Shown: positions 27,948 to 37,884 of the stretch, one piece after another
Numbering within the stretch: the stretch's first letter is position 1
Layout: each line of letters opens with the position of its first letter
Source: an uncultured Acidimicrobiaceae bacterium
Lineage (GTDB): Bacteria; Actinomycetota; Acidimicrobiia; Acidimicrobiales; Salinilacustritrichaceae
Assembly: GCA_963704815.1 (NCBI GenBank)
Contig: CAVPHU010000004.1
Location: 2,354 to 66,353 of the forward strand
Length of the DNA: 64,000 nt
Direction of reading: 5' to 3'
Notes under the pieces: generated by a model
Databases searched by the model: none
The model's input: only the letters and a program-made list of their open reading frames with translations
What the model was told of the DNA's origin: nothing
Made by a program: the position numbers and the translations under genes

Positions 27948-28493
27948 TCAGTCGTCCTCGGTCTTCGGCTCGGGGCGCCAGAAGACGGCCAGCAGCGCGA
28001 GCGCGCCGCCGAACCCGCCGATGAGGGCGATCAGCAGACTGGGCACCCCGACCAGGCCGTCGGTGAGATCGAAGGCGTGGTCGAGGCTCCACTCGCCGGG
28101 CGGGATGAGCGCAGTCGCCAACCCGGCGAAGGTGAGGGTCATCACGTACTCGTAGCCTTCGCCCGGCCGGAAGATGAAGAAACCGTTGCTCTTGTGGTTG
28201 GTGATCCAGGCAACGGTCATCACCCCGATCACCGCCGCGCCGGCGAGCGGCGTGAGCAGGCCGACGATCAACATCAGGCCGGCGGCCAGCTCGACGATGC
28301 TCGCCATCCAAGCGTGGAGCTTGCCGGGCTTCATGCCGAGGCTCTCGAACCAGCCGGACGTGCCGGCGATCTTGCCGCCGCCCCAGATGTGGTTGTAGCC
28401 GTGGGCGATGAAGACGATGCCCACCACCACTCGCAGCACGAGGGGCCCCAGGTTGAAGGCGATGTCGAAGTCGGTCGAAGACAGCTCGTCCAT
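27948..28493 (-). CDS. DoxX family membrane protein
   Basis: LRVVVGIVFIAHGYNHIWGGG...GWFESLGMKPG...ELAAGLMLIVGLLTPLAGAAV. Confidence 0.75.
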   Translation of the reverse strand: MDELSSTDFDIAFNLGPLVLRVVVGIVFIAHGYNHIWGGGKIAGTSGWFESLGMKPGKLHAWMASIVELAAGLMLIVGLLTPLAGAAVIGVMTVAWITNHKSNGFFIFRPGEGYEYVMTLTFAGLATALIPPGEWSLDHAFDLTDGLVGVPSLLIALIGGFGGALALLAVFWRPEPKTEDD

Positions 28494-28598
28494 GCGGACG
28501 AGTGTTCCAGATCACGGTTCTGGGCACCCGATTCCTCACGGGTGCGCGGCCCGTTCGGCTACGGTCCTCGCAGAGTCTCGACTGGGAGGATCTCCATC

Positions 28599-29420
28599 AT
28601 GCGCAAGCTCGCGCTGTTCGTCTCCACCTTGTTCGTCGTCGCCATCGTCGCGACCCTCGGCGGCCTTGCCCCGGCCGGTGCCGGCGGCGGCACCACCCAG
28701 GTCTTCGCGGTCCACGGCCTCAACCTGAATGCCCAGACCGCCCAGGCTGACGGCGGCTCGAACGTGACCGTCTGTCTCAATGACACCAACCCGGCGCTGA
28801 TCCCGGACTTCGAGTTCGGACAGGTCGTCGGACCGGTCGAGGTCGCCACCGGGGCTTCGATCAACCTCAGTGTGTACGACGCCGTCGACGAGGACTGCGA
28901 GAACCCGGCCGGCGGCGCCATCATCGACCAGGACATCGCCAGCGTCCCCGCGGGCACGGTCGCCCTGGTCGCCACCGGCGGCCCGGCAAGCGGGCTCGAG
29001 CTGCTCCCGATCGCGCTCGACACCGAGTGTGCCGATCCTGGCACCGGGCGGCTCACGGCCGCGCACGCTGCGAACGCCGGCGAAGTCGACGTGCTGGCGG
29101 GCGGGGCCAGCGCGGGCCTGCTCACCTACGGCCAGACGCTCGACGCCGACCTGCCGGCCGGGACGGTGGCCGTGCAGGTCGACCTCAGCGCCGGCGGAAC
29201 GATCGTGCCGTCCACCGACATCCCGATCACCGCAGAGGTCAACCGGATCGTCTACGTGGTCGGCAACCAGAACGTGCAAGGGGTGACTCCGGTCGTGCCG
29301 CTCGTGCAGGATCTCGCGATCCCGGCGTGCGAGGTGGCCACCCCGCCCACCACGGCGCCGCCCCCGCCGCCGGCGCCGCCCGCCGTTGCGGTGACGGCCC
29401 AGCCCAGCTTCACCGGCTGA
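28599..29420 (+). CDS. Secreted DUF4397-like protein with Pro-rich C-terminus
   Basis: Signal peptide MRKLALFVSTLFVVAIVATLGGLAPAGAGG. Repeated beta-rich segments. PPTTAPPPPPAPPA tail. Confidence 0.6.
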   Translation: MRKLALFVSTLFVVAIVATLGGLAPAGAGGGTTQVFAVHGLNLNAQTAQADGGSNVTVCLNDTNPALIPDFEFGQVVGPVEVATGASINLSVYDAVDEDCENPAGGAIIDQDIASVPAGTVALVATGGPASGLELLPIALDTECADPGTGRLTAAHAANAGEVDVLAGGASAGLLTYGQTLDADLPAGTVAVQVDLSAGGTIVPSTDIPITAEVNRIVYVVGNQNVQGVTPVVPLVQDLAIPACEVATPPTTAPPPPPAPPAVAVTAQPSFTG

Positions 29421-29474
29421 CGCATCGGTGAGGTGGGGTCTACGACCTCGCCGCCAGAAACCTCGAGTGGCCCG

Positions 29475-29850
29475 TCAGCTGGCGGTGCGGGTCTCGGTCT
29501 CGAAGTCGAGGGTGAGGCTGCACTCGTCGTCGCTGATCTCGTAGACCTTCGCGGCGAACGCCACGTGGGCGTAGGGGTTGTCGAAGCGGGCCTCGTGGCG
29601 CAGCGGCACCTCGGCGCCGTCGCCGGTGACCGCTCCGTCCTGGCCGAAGCTGACCTCGCCCACGGTCGGGTGAGTCCGTTGGTGAAGATGTCGTCGGGGA
29701 CGGATCGACGAAGGCCGCAGGCCGGTGCGACCAGATGGCGACGGACCCGTCGCCCTGTCGACCGAGCACCCAGCCCGAGTCGTCGATCACGACCGCGTCG
29801 GACTTCTCGGTCGGGAAGTAGGCGTGAGTCGTGTCGAGGTAGGTGAGCAT
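29475..29850 (-). CDS. Hypothetical small protein, interrupted by two frame breaks at GGG/GGGG runs (29668-29670, 29696-29699)
   Basis: MLTYLDTTHAYFPTEKSDAVVIDDSGWVLGRQGDGSVAIWSHRPAAFVDPS / PDDIFTNGLT / PTVGEVSFGQDGAVTGDGAEVPLRHEARFDNPYAHVAFAAKVYEISDDECSLTLDFE in three frames. Confidence 0.4.
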
Positions 29851-29940
29851 GGCCAGCGGCCCCGTGTCGTCCTGGGCGGCGAGGCACGGAGAGGGCCGGA
29901 CTGCGGAATCGCCGCGAGGTGCTGCGAGCATGGAGGGTTC

Positions 29941-31545
29941 ATGTTGAAGGCCGTCGATCTCCTCGTCGAAGTGGCCGGCGTTCCCGTGGTGAACGGCGGC
30001 AGCTTCGAGGTGCGCGCCCGCCAGACGGTGGGCCTGGTGGGCCGGAACGGCGCCGGCAAGACGTCGATGCTCAAGGTGCTCGCCGGCGAGATGCCGCCGG
30101 CCAAGGGATCGGTCACGATCACCGGCGGCCTCGGCTATCTGCCGCAGGACCCCAAGGTCGACGACGTCGGCCGCACGGCGCTGACCCATGTGCTCTCCGG
30201 ACGAGGCTTCGACGAGGAGATGGTGCGCATCGAGAAGCTCCGGCTGGCCCTCGAGGAAGACCCGTCCGAGGCCAACATCGCCAAGTTCAGCCGGGCGCAG
30301 GAGCGGTTCGAGATCGCCGGCGGCTACGCCGCCGACAGTGAGGTCCGCCGCCTGGCCAATGGTCTCGGGCTCGCCGACGACCGGCTCGAGCTCCCGGTGT
30401 CGGCCCTGTCCGGCGGCGAGCGCCGGCGGGTCGAGCTGGCGCGCATCCTGTTCGCCGGCTCCGACGTGCTGCTCCTCGACGAGCCGACCAACCACCTCGA
30501 CGTCGACGCCAAGGAGTGGCTGCTCGACTTCATCCGCGCCTACTCGGGCGCGCTCGTGGTCATCAGCCACGATCTCGAACTGCTCGACGAGGCGATCACG
30601 CGCATCATCCATCTCGAGCGACCCGACGATCTGGGTGCCGGCACCCTCACCGAGTACAAGGGCACCTACAGCCAGTACCTGAAGTCGCGGGTGCTCGACG
30701 AGCAACGGCTGACCAAGGTGGCGACCCAGCAGGCCAACGAGATCACCCGGCTCAGCACCCTGGCCGACTCGATGCGGGGCCAGACGGCGACCCGGGCTCG
30801 CAAAGCGAAGAGCCTCGACACGCGGGTGGCCAAGATGGAGGAACGGCGCATCGATGCGCCGAAGGCCGTGAAGTCGGTCAAGGTCACGTTCCCTGACCCG
30901 CCCCACTGCGGGCGGACCGTCGTCGAGGCCAAGGGGTTGGCCAAGAGCTATGGAGACCTCGAAGTCTTCCGCGACGTCGACTTCGACCTCGGACGAGGCG
31001 AGCGGCTGCTCGTTCTCGGGCTCAACGGGGCCGGCAAGACGTCGCTGCTCCGGATCCTCGCGGGCGAGATAGAGGCCGACACTGGAACCGTGGAGTGGGG
31101 TCACCAGGTGTCGCCCGGGTACTTCGCCCAGGAACACGAGATCCTCGACGACGACCGCAACCTGATCGATCAGCTGCGAGGAGCCGCCCCCAACGTCGAC
31201 GACATGACCCTGCGAGCCATGCTCGGCGGCTTCGGCCTGGTCGGCGACAAGGTGTTCCAGGAAGCCGGCACGCTGTCGGGAGGCGAGAAGACCAAGCTCG
31301 CCCTCACTCTGCTCGTCGCCGGGAAGCACAACGTGCTCCTGCTCGACGAGCCGACCAACAACCTCGATCCGCCTTCACGCGATGCTGCGGCCCTGTCGCT
31401 GGCTGCGTGGAAAGGGGCCGTGATCCTGGTCAGTCACGACACCGACTTCGTGTCACACCTCGCGCTCGACAAGGTGCTGATCATGCCCGAGGGCGACATC
31501 GACTACTGGCGCGACGACCACATGGATCTGGTCGAGCTCGCCTGA
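29941..31545 (+). CDS. ABC-F family ATPase (two ABC domains, no TM)
   Basis: Two Walker A motifs (GRNGAGKTS, GLNGAGKTS), two signatures (LSGGERRR, LSGGEKTK) and an inter-domain linker. Confidence 0.9.
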   Translation: MLKAVDLLVEVAGVPVVNGGSFEVRARQTVGLVGRNGAGKTSMLKVLAGEMPPAKGSVTITGGLGYLPQDPKVDDVGRTALTHVLSGRGFDEEMVRIEKLRLALEEDPSEANIAKFSRAQERFEIAGGYAADSEVRRLANGLGLADDRLELPVSALSGGERRRVELARILFAGSDVLLLDEPTNHLDVDAKEWLLDFIRAYSGALVVISHDLELLDEAITRIIHLERPDDLGAGTLTEYKGTYSQYLKSRVLDEQRLTKVATQQANEITRLSTLADSMRGQTATRARKAKSLDTRVAKMEERRIDAPKAVKSVKVTFPDPPHCGRTVVEAKGLAKSYGDLEVFRDVDFDLGRGERLLVLGLNGAGKTSLLRILAGEIEADTGTVEWGHQVSPGYFAQEHEILDDDRNLIDQLRGAAPNVDDMTLRAMLGGFGLVGDKVFQEAGTLSGGEKTKLALTLLVAGKHNVLLLDEPTNNLDPPSRDAAALSLAAWKGAVILVSHDTDFVSHLALDKVLIMPEGDIDYWRDDHMDLVELA

Positions 31546-31561
31546 CCCGGTCGGGTTGCGG

Positions 31562-32410
31562 TCAGAGACCGACCAGGTCGGCCGACCTCTCCCACAGGCG
31601 GGCGGCCGCCTCGTCGTCGGTGGCCCGAGCCTTGAGCTTGTCGTCGGCCGGTTCGGACTTCACGAAGTACGAGCCGTTGGTCGTCGCGAACTCGGACGAG
31701 GTGGCCGCAGCGAGGCTCGTGAGGGCGCCCTGCTCCGGCGTCAGGAACGCCAACCCGAGCAGCCAGCTGACCGGTTTGGGCGGGCTGCCGAGGTTGGTGT
31801 GCACCGCTCCGGGGTGCACCGAGTTGGCCGTCACGCCGGTGCCGTCGATCCGTCGTGCCAGTTCGCGGGTGAACAGGATGTTCATCAGCTTGGTCTCGCC
31901 GTACCGAGGGAAGCCCAGGAAGCCGTAGCCACGAGTCGCTTGGAAGTCATCGAGGTCGAGACCACGGCCGAACTTGTGCGCCTCCGACGCCACGGTGACG
32001 ATGCGAGACGGTGCACTGTCCCGCATCAATGGCCGCAGGAGGTTCGAGAGCAGGAACGGGCCGAGGTGGTTGACCGCCAACATCATGTCGTTGCCCTCGA
32101 CGGTCTTGGCCCGCTTGCGAATCGCGATCGCGGCGTTGTTGACCAGGACGTTGACATGGTCGAACCGCGATCCGATCTCGTCGGCGGCCCGCCTGACGTC
32201 CGCCATCACGCCCAGGTCGGCGACCACGATGGAGAAGTAGGCATCGGACACCGAGTCCGACAGATCGTCTCTGGCCGCCGCCGCACGCTCGGCGTTCCGA
32301 CACAACATGACCACGTCGTATCCGAGTCGTCCCAGCCCCCGTGCGGTCTCGAGACCGATCCCCGAGTTCGCTCCGGTGACCACGGCAACCCGGGACTTCG
32401 AAACGGACAT
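31562..32410 (-). CDS. Short-chain dehydrogenase/reductase (SDR) family oxidoreductase
   Basis: VAVVTGANSGIGLETA (TGxxxGxG), NNAA, Y..xxxK context (YGETKLMN). Confidence 0.85.
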   Translation of the reverse strand: MSVSKSRVAVVTGANSGIGLETARGLGRLGYDVVMLCRNAERAAAARDDLSDSVSDAYFSIVVADLGVMADVRRAADEIGSRFDHVNVLVNNAAIAIRKRAKTVEGNDMMLAVNHLGPFLLSNLLRPLMRDSAPSRIVTVASEAHKFGRGLDLDDFQATRGYGFLGFPRYGETKLMNILFTRELARRIDGTGVTANSVHPGAVHTNLGSPPKPVSWLLGLAFLTPEQGALTSLAAATSSEFATTNGSYFVKSEPADDKLKARATDDEAAARLWERSADLVGL

Positions 32411-32435
32411 TGCCGAGTCTCGCAGACGGACCGCT

Positions 32436-32475
32436 ATGACGACCTGTTCTGCGTGATGACGACGTGTTCTGCGTG
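32436..32475. repeat. 20-nt tandem direct repeat (ATGACGACNTGTTCTGCGTG x2)
   Basis: Read directly. It lies 26-65 nt upstream of the SDR start on the minus strand. Confidence 0.9.
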
Positions 32476-32527
32476 CGGCACCCCGGCATGACCGCCACCG
32501 CGAGCGTGACCGAGGAGCCCGGACCCG

Positions 32528-32929
32528 TCAGCCCTCGATCAGGCGCAAGCTGACCGTGCGCCGGGGATTGTCACGATTCCGGTCGACGAGGACGATGCTC
32601 TGCCACGTGCCGAGTTCGAGGCGGCCGTCGGCGACCGGGATCGTGATCGACGGAGCCACCAGCACCGGCAGGACGTGGTCGGAGCCGTGCCCCGGCGAGC
32701 CGTGGCGATGCACGTAGCGGTCGTCGCGCGGGAGCAGCCGATCGAGAAGTTCGTCGACATCGGGCTCGGTTCCGGCGCCCGTCTCGAACAGGGCCACGCC
32801 CGCGGTCGCATGCGGAACGAACACACACAGCAGGCCGTCACCCCGACCAGCGATGAACGCCGCGACCTCGTCGGTGAGGTCGATCAGCTCGCGTTCGGCG
32901 GTGTCGATGACGAGGTCGTGGCGGAGCAT
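32528..32929 (-). CDS. YjbQ/UPF0047 family protein (secondary thiamine-phosphate synthase-like)
   Basis: GLLCVFVPHATAGVALFE..EPDVDELL..RHGSPGHGSDHV...GTWQSIVLVD. The ATG overlaps the upstream stop (ATGA). Confidence 0.8.
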   Translation of the reverse strand: MLRHDLVIDTAERELIDLTDEVAAFIAGRGDGLLCVFVPHATAGVALFETGAGTEPDVDELLDRLLPRDDRYVHRHGSPGHGSDHVLPVLVAPSITIPVADGRLELGTWQSIVLVDRNRDNPRRTVSLRLIEG

Positions 32930-33381
32930 CAGGTCTCGAAGATGTCGAGGTGGATGGCGGCGTCGGCGGTGCGGGCCAGGGTTCGATAGCGCCGCTCGGT
33001 GAACCACCACCGGCCGTCGATGCGACCGAAGGTGTCGTCGTACCGCCCATAGACCTGACTGAAGGTGTCGCCGACTTGGCGGATCTCGGTCATGAACATG
33101 CGGCTGGTCGCTCGGTGCTCTGCCACGAACTCGATGCGGGCGTTGAGGATCTGGAACACGAAGAAGTCGAAGGCCCCGACGGCTGGGCCCACGAACCGGG
33201 CGAAGGCCGCCGTGCCGGCCACCTCGAGGTGGTCGCCGCCGGCCTTGGCGATGGTGATCGACACGTCGGGATCGAACAAGTCGTCGAGCTCGTCCCACTC
33301 GCTACGACACACGACGTCGGCGTAGGCATCGAGCAGGCGACGGATGGCCACGTGGTCGTCTCCCCGACTCAACGGTGCCAC
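32929..33381 (-). CDS. SnoaL-like / NTF2-superfamily protein
   Basis: IRRLLDAYADVVCRSEWDELDDLFDPDV...GRYDDTFGRIDGRWWFTERRY. Confidence 0.7.
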   Translation of the reverse strand: MAPLSRGDDHVAIRRLLDAYADVVCRSEWDELDDLFDPDVSITIAKAGGDHLEVAGTAAFARFVGPAVGAFDFFVFQILNARIEFVAEHRATSRMFMTEIRQVGDTFSQVYGRYDDTFGRIDGRWWFTERRYRTLARTADAAIHLDIFET

Positions 33382-33426
33382 CCGCGCGGCGCAACCCAGC
33401 CGGCACCCAACCCACCGACCTTCGTA

Positions 33427-33465
33427 CGGTTTGGACCACCTGGTGGCTTGAACCGGACAAGGATC
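33427..33465. repeat. Hairpin repeat family 2 (...CGGTT-hairpin-AACCGGACARRGATC), copy A
   Basis: Shares TGAACCGGACAAGGATC and the 5' arm CGGTT with copies at 40521, 56214 and 60336. Confidence 0.8.
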
Positions 33466-33502
33466 GGGGCTTGGTCCTCGGCGTGGGTCGTGTTCGGCGA
33501 GT

Positions 33503-34849
33503 TCATGGGCCGAGGAGGTCGGTGACGACGTCGAGCCAGAACTGGGTGGTGAGGCCGAGGGAGGTGACGTCGATGCGTTCGTCGTTGCCGTGGAAGCGGC
33601 TGGCGAAGTCGGCGCCGCTGACCGACGGGCTCAGCAGTCCCGCACCGTAGGCCGTTGCGCCGAGCTCTCGATGGACCCGAGCATCGGTGAAGCCGACGCC
33701 GAATCCGGCCGACAACTCGGTCTCGGGGAACGGCTTGGCCACCGCCTTCTGCATGCTGTCCCACAGGGGCGTGTCGATCCGGCTGATGCTGGCCGGATCG
33801 TCCATGAGGATCTCGATCTCGACGTGATCGGCCAGATCGCCGAGGGCCTCGCGCAGGTGCGCCTCGACCTCGTCGGTGCTGTCGCCCGGCATCGTGCGCA
33901 CGTCGACGTCGATCGTCACGGTGTCGGGCACCACGTTGGTCTTGGTCTGGCTGGTCGTGACGTTGGGCGAGAACGTCGTGTGGGTGCACGAGTAGAGGAA
34001 TGGCGCCCCCATCTCCTTGGGAAGTGCGTCGACGAATGCCTCGACCTCGGCGGGGTCCATGAGCAGATCGCTGGTGTCGTCGTCGAGGCCCAGGCCGTTG
34101 ACCACGTTGCGCCACAGTTCGTGCAGGCGAGGGGCCGGCCGGTAGCCGGCGATGCGCTCGATGGCCGCCGCGGCCTTGACGAGTGCGTTGTCGCTCTTGA
34201 ACGGCATCGATCCGTGGCCCGGCGTGCCGCGGAACGTGAGGCGCCGCCACGCGACCCCCTTCTCGCCGGTCGAGATGTTGACCGTCGGGGTCGTGCCGCG
34301 GCCATGCAGCCCACCGTTCTCGGTGAGCACGTAGTCGGTGGTGATGACCTCGGGGTGGTGCTCGGCCATCCAGCGAGCGCCGTAGGCACTGCCCGCTTCC
34401 TCGTCGGCCACGCCGAAGAAGACCAGGTCGCCGGCCGGCCTGAATCCGGTGGCGGCCAGATGCCGGAAGGTGACGGCCATCGAGGCCGTGAGGTTCAACA
34501 TGTCGACCGCACCCCGCCCCCAGATCTCACCGTCGATGAGCTCGCCGGCGAAGGGATCCTCGCGCCACCCCGCGGCGTTGACCGGCACGACATCGGTGTG
34601 GCCGTTGAGACACAAGCTCGGCGCATCGGGGTCGTGGCCCTCGAGCCGGGCGACGAGATTCGTCCGGCCCGGCGCGGCCTCGTAGGTCTCGACGTCGATG
34701 CCCGCACCGTCGAAGAAGTCGATCAGCGTCTGCGCGTTGCGCTGCTCATGGCCCGAGTCCTCGATGCCTTCGTTCACACAGGCGTTGCGGATCATGGCTT
34801 GGAGCAGGTCGACGGTCTGATCGGTCCGGGCCATCTGCTCCGACGCCAT
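33503..34849 (-). CDS. M20 family metallopeptidase/deacylase
   Basis: LNGHTDVVPV, GRGAVDMLN, FFGVADEEAGS. Start at MASEQMARTDQ. Confidence 0.85.
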   Translation of the reverse strand: MASEQMARTDQTVDLLQAMIRNACVNEGIEDSGHEQRNAQTLIDFFDGAGIDVETYEAAPGRTNLVARLEGHDPDAPSLCLNGHTDVVPVNAAGWREDPFAGELIDGEIWGRGAVDMLNLTASMAVTFRHLAATGFRPAGDLVFFGVADEEAGSAYGARWMAEHHPEVITTDYVLTENGGLHGRGTTPTVNISTGEKGVAWRRLTFRGTPGHGSMPFKSDNALVKAAAAIERIAGYRPAPRLHELWRNVVNGLGLDDDTSDLLMDPAEVEAFVDALPKEMGAPFLYSCTHTTFSPNVTTSQTKTNVVPDTVTIDVDVRTMPGDSTDEVEAHLREALGDLADHVEIEILMDDPASISRIDTPLWDSMQKAVAKPFPETELSAGFGVGFTDARVHRELGATAYGAGLLSPSVSGADFASRFHGNDERIDVTSLGLTTQFWLDVVTDLLGP

Positions 34850-34859
34850 GTTCACCCGC

Positions 34860-35153
34860 TCAGCGTCGCATGAGTCGGCCGACGGCGCCCATGAGCTCCT
34901 CGACCTGCTCGTCGGGATCGGTGGGGCCACCGCCACCACCGATGAGGCAGTGCCGTGCGTGGTCGTCGAGCACGCCGAGGGCCACCTTGTCGAGGGCGGC
35001 CCGAGCGGCCGCGATCTGGGCCAGCACGTCCATGCAGTAGCGCTCCTCCTCGACCATCTTGTTGACGCCTCGGACCTGACCCTCGATGCGGGCCAGGCGC
35101 GCCTGGAGCTGTTCTTTGGTTGCCGAGTACCCACGGGCCATGTCGACCACCAT
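34860..35153 (-). CDS. csoR: CsoR-family copper-sensing transcriptional repressor
   Basis: LQARLARIEGQVRGVNKMVEEERYCMDVLAQIAAARAALDKVALGVLDDHARHC (C-H-C ligand pattern). SD GGAGG before the ATG at 35153. Divergent from copZ-copA. Confidence 0.88.
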   Translation of the reverse strand: MVVDMARGYSATKEQLQARLARIEGQVRGVNKMVEEERYCMDVLAQIAAARAALDKVALGVLDDHARHCLIGGGGGPTDPDEQVEELMGAVGRLMRR

Positions 35154-35255
35154 ACCCCCCTCCGGTATTACACCCGCCCAACCGCCATTTCTTCGGCAGG
35201 TCGGACCTTCTGATGGCCGGTTCGCGACCGAGAAGCGACATCGCGGTTGTGCCCC

Positions 35256-35272
35256 ATACCCCATAGGGGTAT
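35256..35272. promoter_or_regulatory. Candidate CsoR operator: perfect palindrome ATACCCC-ATA-GGGGTAT
   Basis: Read directly, 10 nt upstream of the copZ ATG. A weaker ATACC-N7-GGTAT at 35152-35168 overlaps the csoR start. Confidence 0.7.
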
Positions 35273-35281
35273 CGTCGACCC

Positions 35282-35494
35282 ATGGCCGTCACCACCACCC
35301 GTCCCGTTCTCGGCATGTCGTGTGACCACTGCGTCAACGCCGTGACCGCCGAGGTCGGGGCGATCGAGGGGGTCAGGTCCGTCGACGTCGATCTCGGCCG
35401 CGGCTTGGTCACCGTCGTCAGCGACGGCGATCTTGCGGACGAGGCCTTCGCGGCGGCGATCGACGAGGCCGGGTTCGAGGTCGGCCCGACATGA
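35282..35494 (+). CDS. copZ: Heavy-metal-associated (HMA) copper chaperone
   Basis: [11 protein letters not shown] (MxCxxC) in a 70-aa ferredoxin-like protein. Confidence 0.88.
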   Translation: MAVTTTRPVLGMSCDHCVNAVTAEVGAIEGVRSVDVDLGRGLVTVVSDGDLADEAFAAAIDEAGFEVGPT

Positions 35495-37734
35495 GGACGA
35501 CCCGTGAGGTCGACCTCGCCGTCACGGGCATGACCTGCGCCTCGTGCGCGGCACGCATCGAGAAGAAGCTCAACAAGATCGACGGCGTCGAGGCGACCGT
35601 CAACTACGCCACCGAAGCCGCCAAGGTCGCGGTCCCCGATGGCGTCGACGAAGACCTGCTCCTGTCGACCATCGACGGCATGGGCTACGCGGCCACCGTC
35701 GCCCGACCGCCTTCGGCGCCCCCACCCGGCCCGACGGGTGCGCACGACCAGCCAGAGCCGACCATCGACGACGAGACGCTGACGCTCCGCAACCGGGTGC
35801 TCATCTCGGCCGCGCTCACCCTTCCGGTGGTGGCGATGTCGATGATTCCGGCGCTCCAGTTCGACAACTGGCAGTGGCTGGCCCTCACCCTCGCCTCGCC
35901 CGTCGTCGTCTGGGGCGCCTGGCCATTCCACCGGGCGACCTGGTTGAACCTCCGCCACGGCACGGCCACCATGGACACGCTGATCTCGGTCGGCACGGTC
36001 AGTGCGTACCTCTGGTCGCTGTACGCCCTCTTCTTCGGTGACGCCGGCGTCACCGGCATGACCATGGACATGTCGTTCACCATCGAACGCTCGCACGGCA
36101 GCTCGGAGATCTACCTCGAGGTGGCGTCGGCGGTCACGGTGTTCATCCTCGCCGGGCGTTGGTTCGAGGCCCGGGCGAAGCGGCAGTCGGGTGCCGCCCT
36201 CCGGGCGCTTCTGGATCTGGGAGCCAAGGAGGCCGTGGTGGTGCGTGACGGTCGAGAGATCTCCGTGCCCACCGATGAGCTCCAGGTCGGCGATCGGTTC
36301 GTGGTCCGTCCCGGAGAGAAGATCGCCACCGACGGTGCGGTCGTCGAGGGGAGCTCGGCGATCGACGCCTCGCTGCTCACCGGCGAGAGCGTCCCGGTCG
36401 AAGTCGGCCCCGGCGACGGCGTCACGGGCGCAACCGTCAACGCCGGCGGGCGACTGGTGGTCGAGGCCACTCGGGTCGGTGCCGACACCCAGTTGGCGCA
36501 GATCGCCAAGCTGGTCACCGACGCCCAGTCGGGGAAGGCTCCGGTCCAGCGCCTGGCCGATCGGGTTTCGGCGGTCTTCGTCCCGATCGTGATCGTGCTC
36601 GCCCTCGCGACGCTGTTCACGTGGCTGGCGCTGGGCGAGGGAGCCTCGGCCGCCTTCACCGCAGCGGTGGCCGTGTTGATCATCGCCTGCCCGTGCGCCC
36701 TCGGCCTGGCCACACCGACCGCGCTGCTGGTCGGAACCGGCCGCGGCGCGCAGCTCGGCATCCTCATCAAGGGACCCGAGGTGCTCGAGTCGACCCGGCG
36801 CATCGACACCGTGGTCCTCGACAAGACCGGCACCGTGACCAGCGGCAAGATGTCGCTCGTCGGCGTCGTCACCGACGGCGTCGACGAGGACGAGGCGCTC
36901 CGCCTCGCAGGCGCCGTCGAGCACGCCAGCGAGCACCCGATCGCCGCCGCCATCGCCGACGCGGCGAGAGTGAGCGTGGGTGCGTTGCCGAAGGTCGACG
37001 GCTTCGCCAGCACCCAGGGCCTCGGGGTCCGGGGGATGGTCGACGGAGTCGCCGTCGCGGTCGGTCGTGAACAGTTCCTGGCCGACTGGGGTCTTCACCC
37101 CTCACCGGCCCTGGCCCACGCGAAGGCAGCAGCCGAAAACGCCGGTCACACTCCGGTGCTCGCCGGGTGGGACGGACAGATGCGGGCCGTCCTCGTGGTC
37201 GCCGACACGGTCAAGGACTCATCGGCCGAAGCGGTCGCGAGCATCTGCGACCTCGGCCTCGAACCAATTCTCCTCACCGGTGACAACCGGGCGTCGGCCG
37301 AGACGGTGGCGGCCGAGGTGGGCATCGACACCGTCATCGCCGAGGTGCTGCCGTCGGCCAAGCTCGAGGAGATCCGCCGTCTCCAGGACGAGGGCAGGGT
37401 CGTCGCCATGGTCGGCGACGGCGTCAACGATGCGGCGGCGCTCGCCCGAGCCGACCTCGGGCTCGCCATGGGCACCGGCACCGATGCGGCCATCGAGGCC
37501 AGCGACATCACGCTCGTTCGAGGCGACCTCCGATCGGTGCCCGACGCCATTCGCCTCTCGCGCCGCACACTCGCCACCATCAAGGGCAACCTGTTCTGGG
37601 CATTCGCCTACAACGTGGCGGCCCTCCCCCTCGCCGCCCTCGGGCTCCTCAATCCGCTCATCGCCGGCGCCGCGATGGCGTTCTCGAGCGTGTTCGTGGT
37701 CAGCAACAGCCTCCGCCTCCGCCGGTTCACCTGA
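35491..37734 (+). CDS. copA: Copper-translocating P1B-type ATPase
   Basis: N-terminal [18 protein letters not shown] ([13 protein letters not shown]), [15 protein letters not shown]. The ATG overlaps the copZ stop. Confidence 0.93.
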   Translation: MRTTREVDLAVTGMTCASCAARIEKKLNKIDGVEATVNYATEAAKVAVPDGVDEDLLLSTIDGMGYAATVARPPSAPPPGPTGAHDQPEPTIDDETLTLRNRVLISAALTLPVVAMSMIPALQFDNWQWLALTLASPVVVWGAWPFHRATWLNLRHGTATMDTLISVGTVSAYLWSLYALFFGDAGVTGMTMDMSFTIERSHGSSEIYLEVASAVTVFILAGRWFEARAKRQSGAALRALLDLGAKEAVVVRDGREISVPTDELQVGDRFVVRPGEKIATDGAVVEGSSAIDASLLTGESVPVEVGPGDGVTGATVNAGGRLVVEATRVGADTQLAQIAKLVTDAQSGKAPVQRLADRVSAVFVPIVIVLALATLFTWLALGEGASAAFTAAVAVLIIACPCALGLATPTALLVGTGRGAQLGILIKGPEVLESTRRIDTVVLDKTGTVTSGKMSLVGVVTDGVDEDEALRLAGAVEHASEHPIAAAIADAARVSVGALPKVDGFASTQGLGVRGMVDGVAVAVGREQFLADWGLHPSPALAHAKAAAENAGHTPVLAGWDGQMRAVLVVADTVKDSSAEAVASICDLGLEPILLTGDNRASAETVAAEVGIDTVIAEVLPSAKLEEIRRLQDEGRVVAMVGDGVNDAAALARADLGLAMGTGTDAAIEASDITLVRGDLRSVPDAIRLSRRTLATIKGNLFWAFAYNVAALPLAALGLLNPLIAGAAMAFSSVFVVSNSLRLRRFT

Positions 37735-37884
37735 GGGGCACCGCCGGCTGATCCGGCTCGCTCCGAAGACCTCGTCGGAAGACCGGAGCCGACGCCCACG
37801 CGTTCGTGGTCGGGATCACGTCGTCGAGCGAAGAGGCACCCCTTGCCCGCGAGCGATGGCCTCGCGCCGGGAGCGCATGACGGA

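Noticed and set aside
29440-31329. 629-aa minus-strand ORF opposite the ABC-F gene
   Set aside because: It is a shadow ORF except for its last ~125 codons, which belong to the small frame-broken gene at 29475-29850. Similar shadows were rejected at 26237-28024(+), 40463-42376(+), 43919-45733(-), 53528-55573(+), 57737-59017(+) and 61566-63236(+).
34852-37098. 748-aa minus-strand ORF overlapping csoR, copZ and copA
   Set aside because: It is an antisense shadow ORF. The plus strand encodes a textbook P1B ATPase with all motifs, and the minus product is low-complexity Arg/Gly/Asp.
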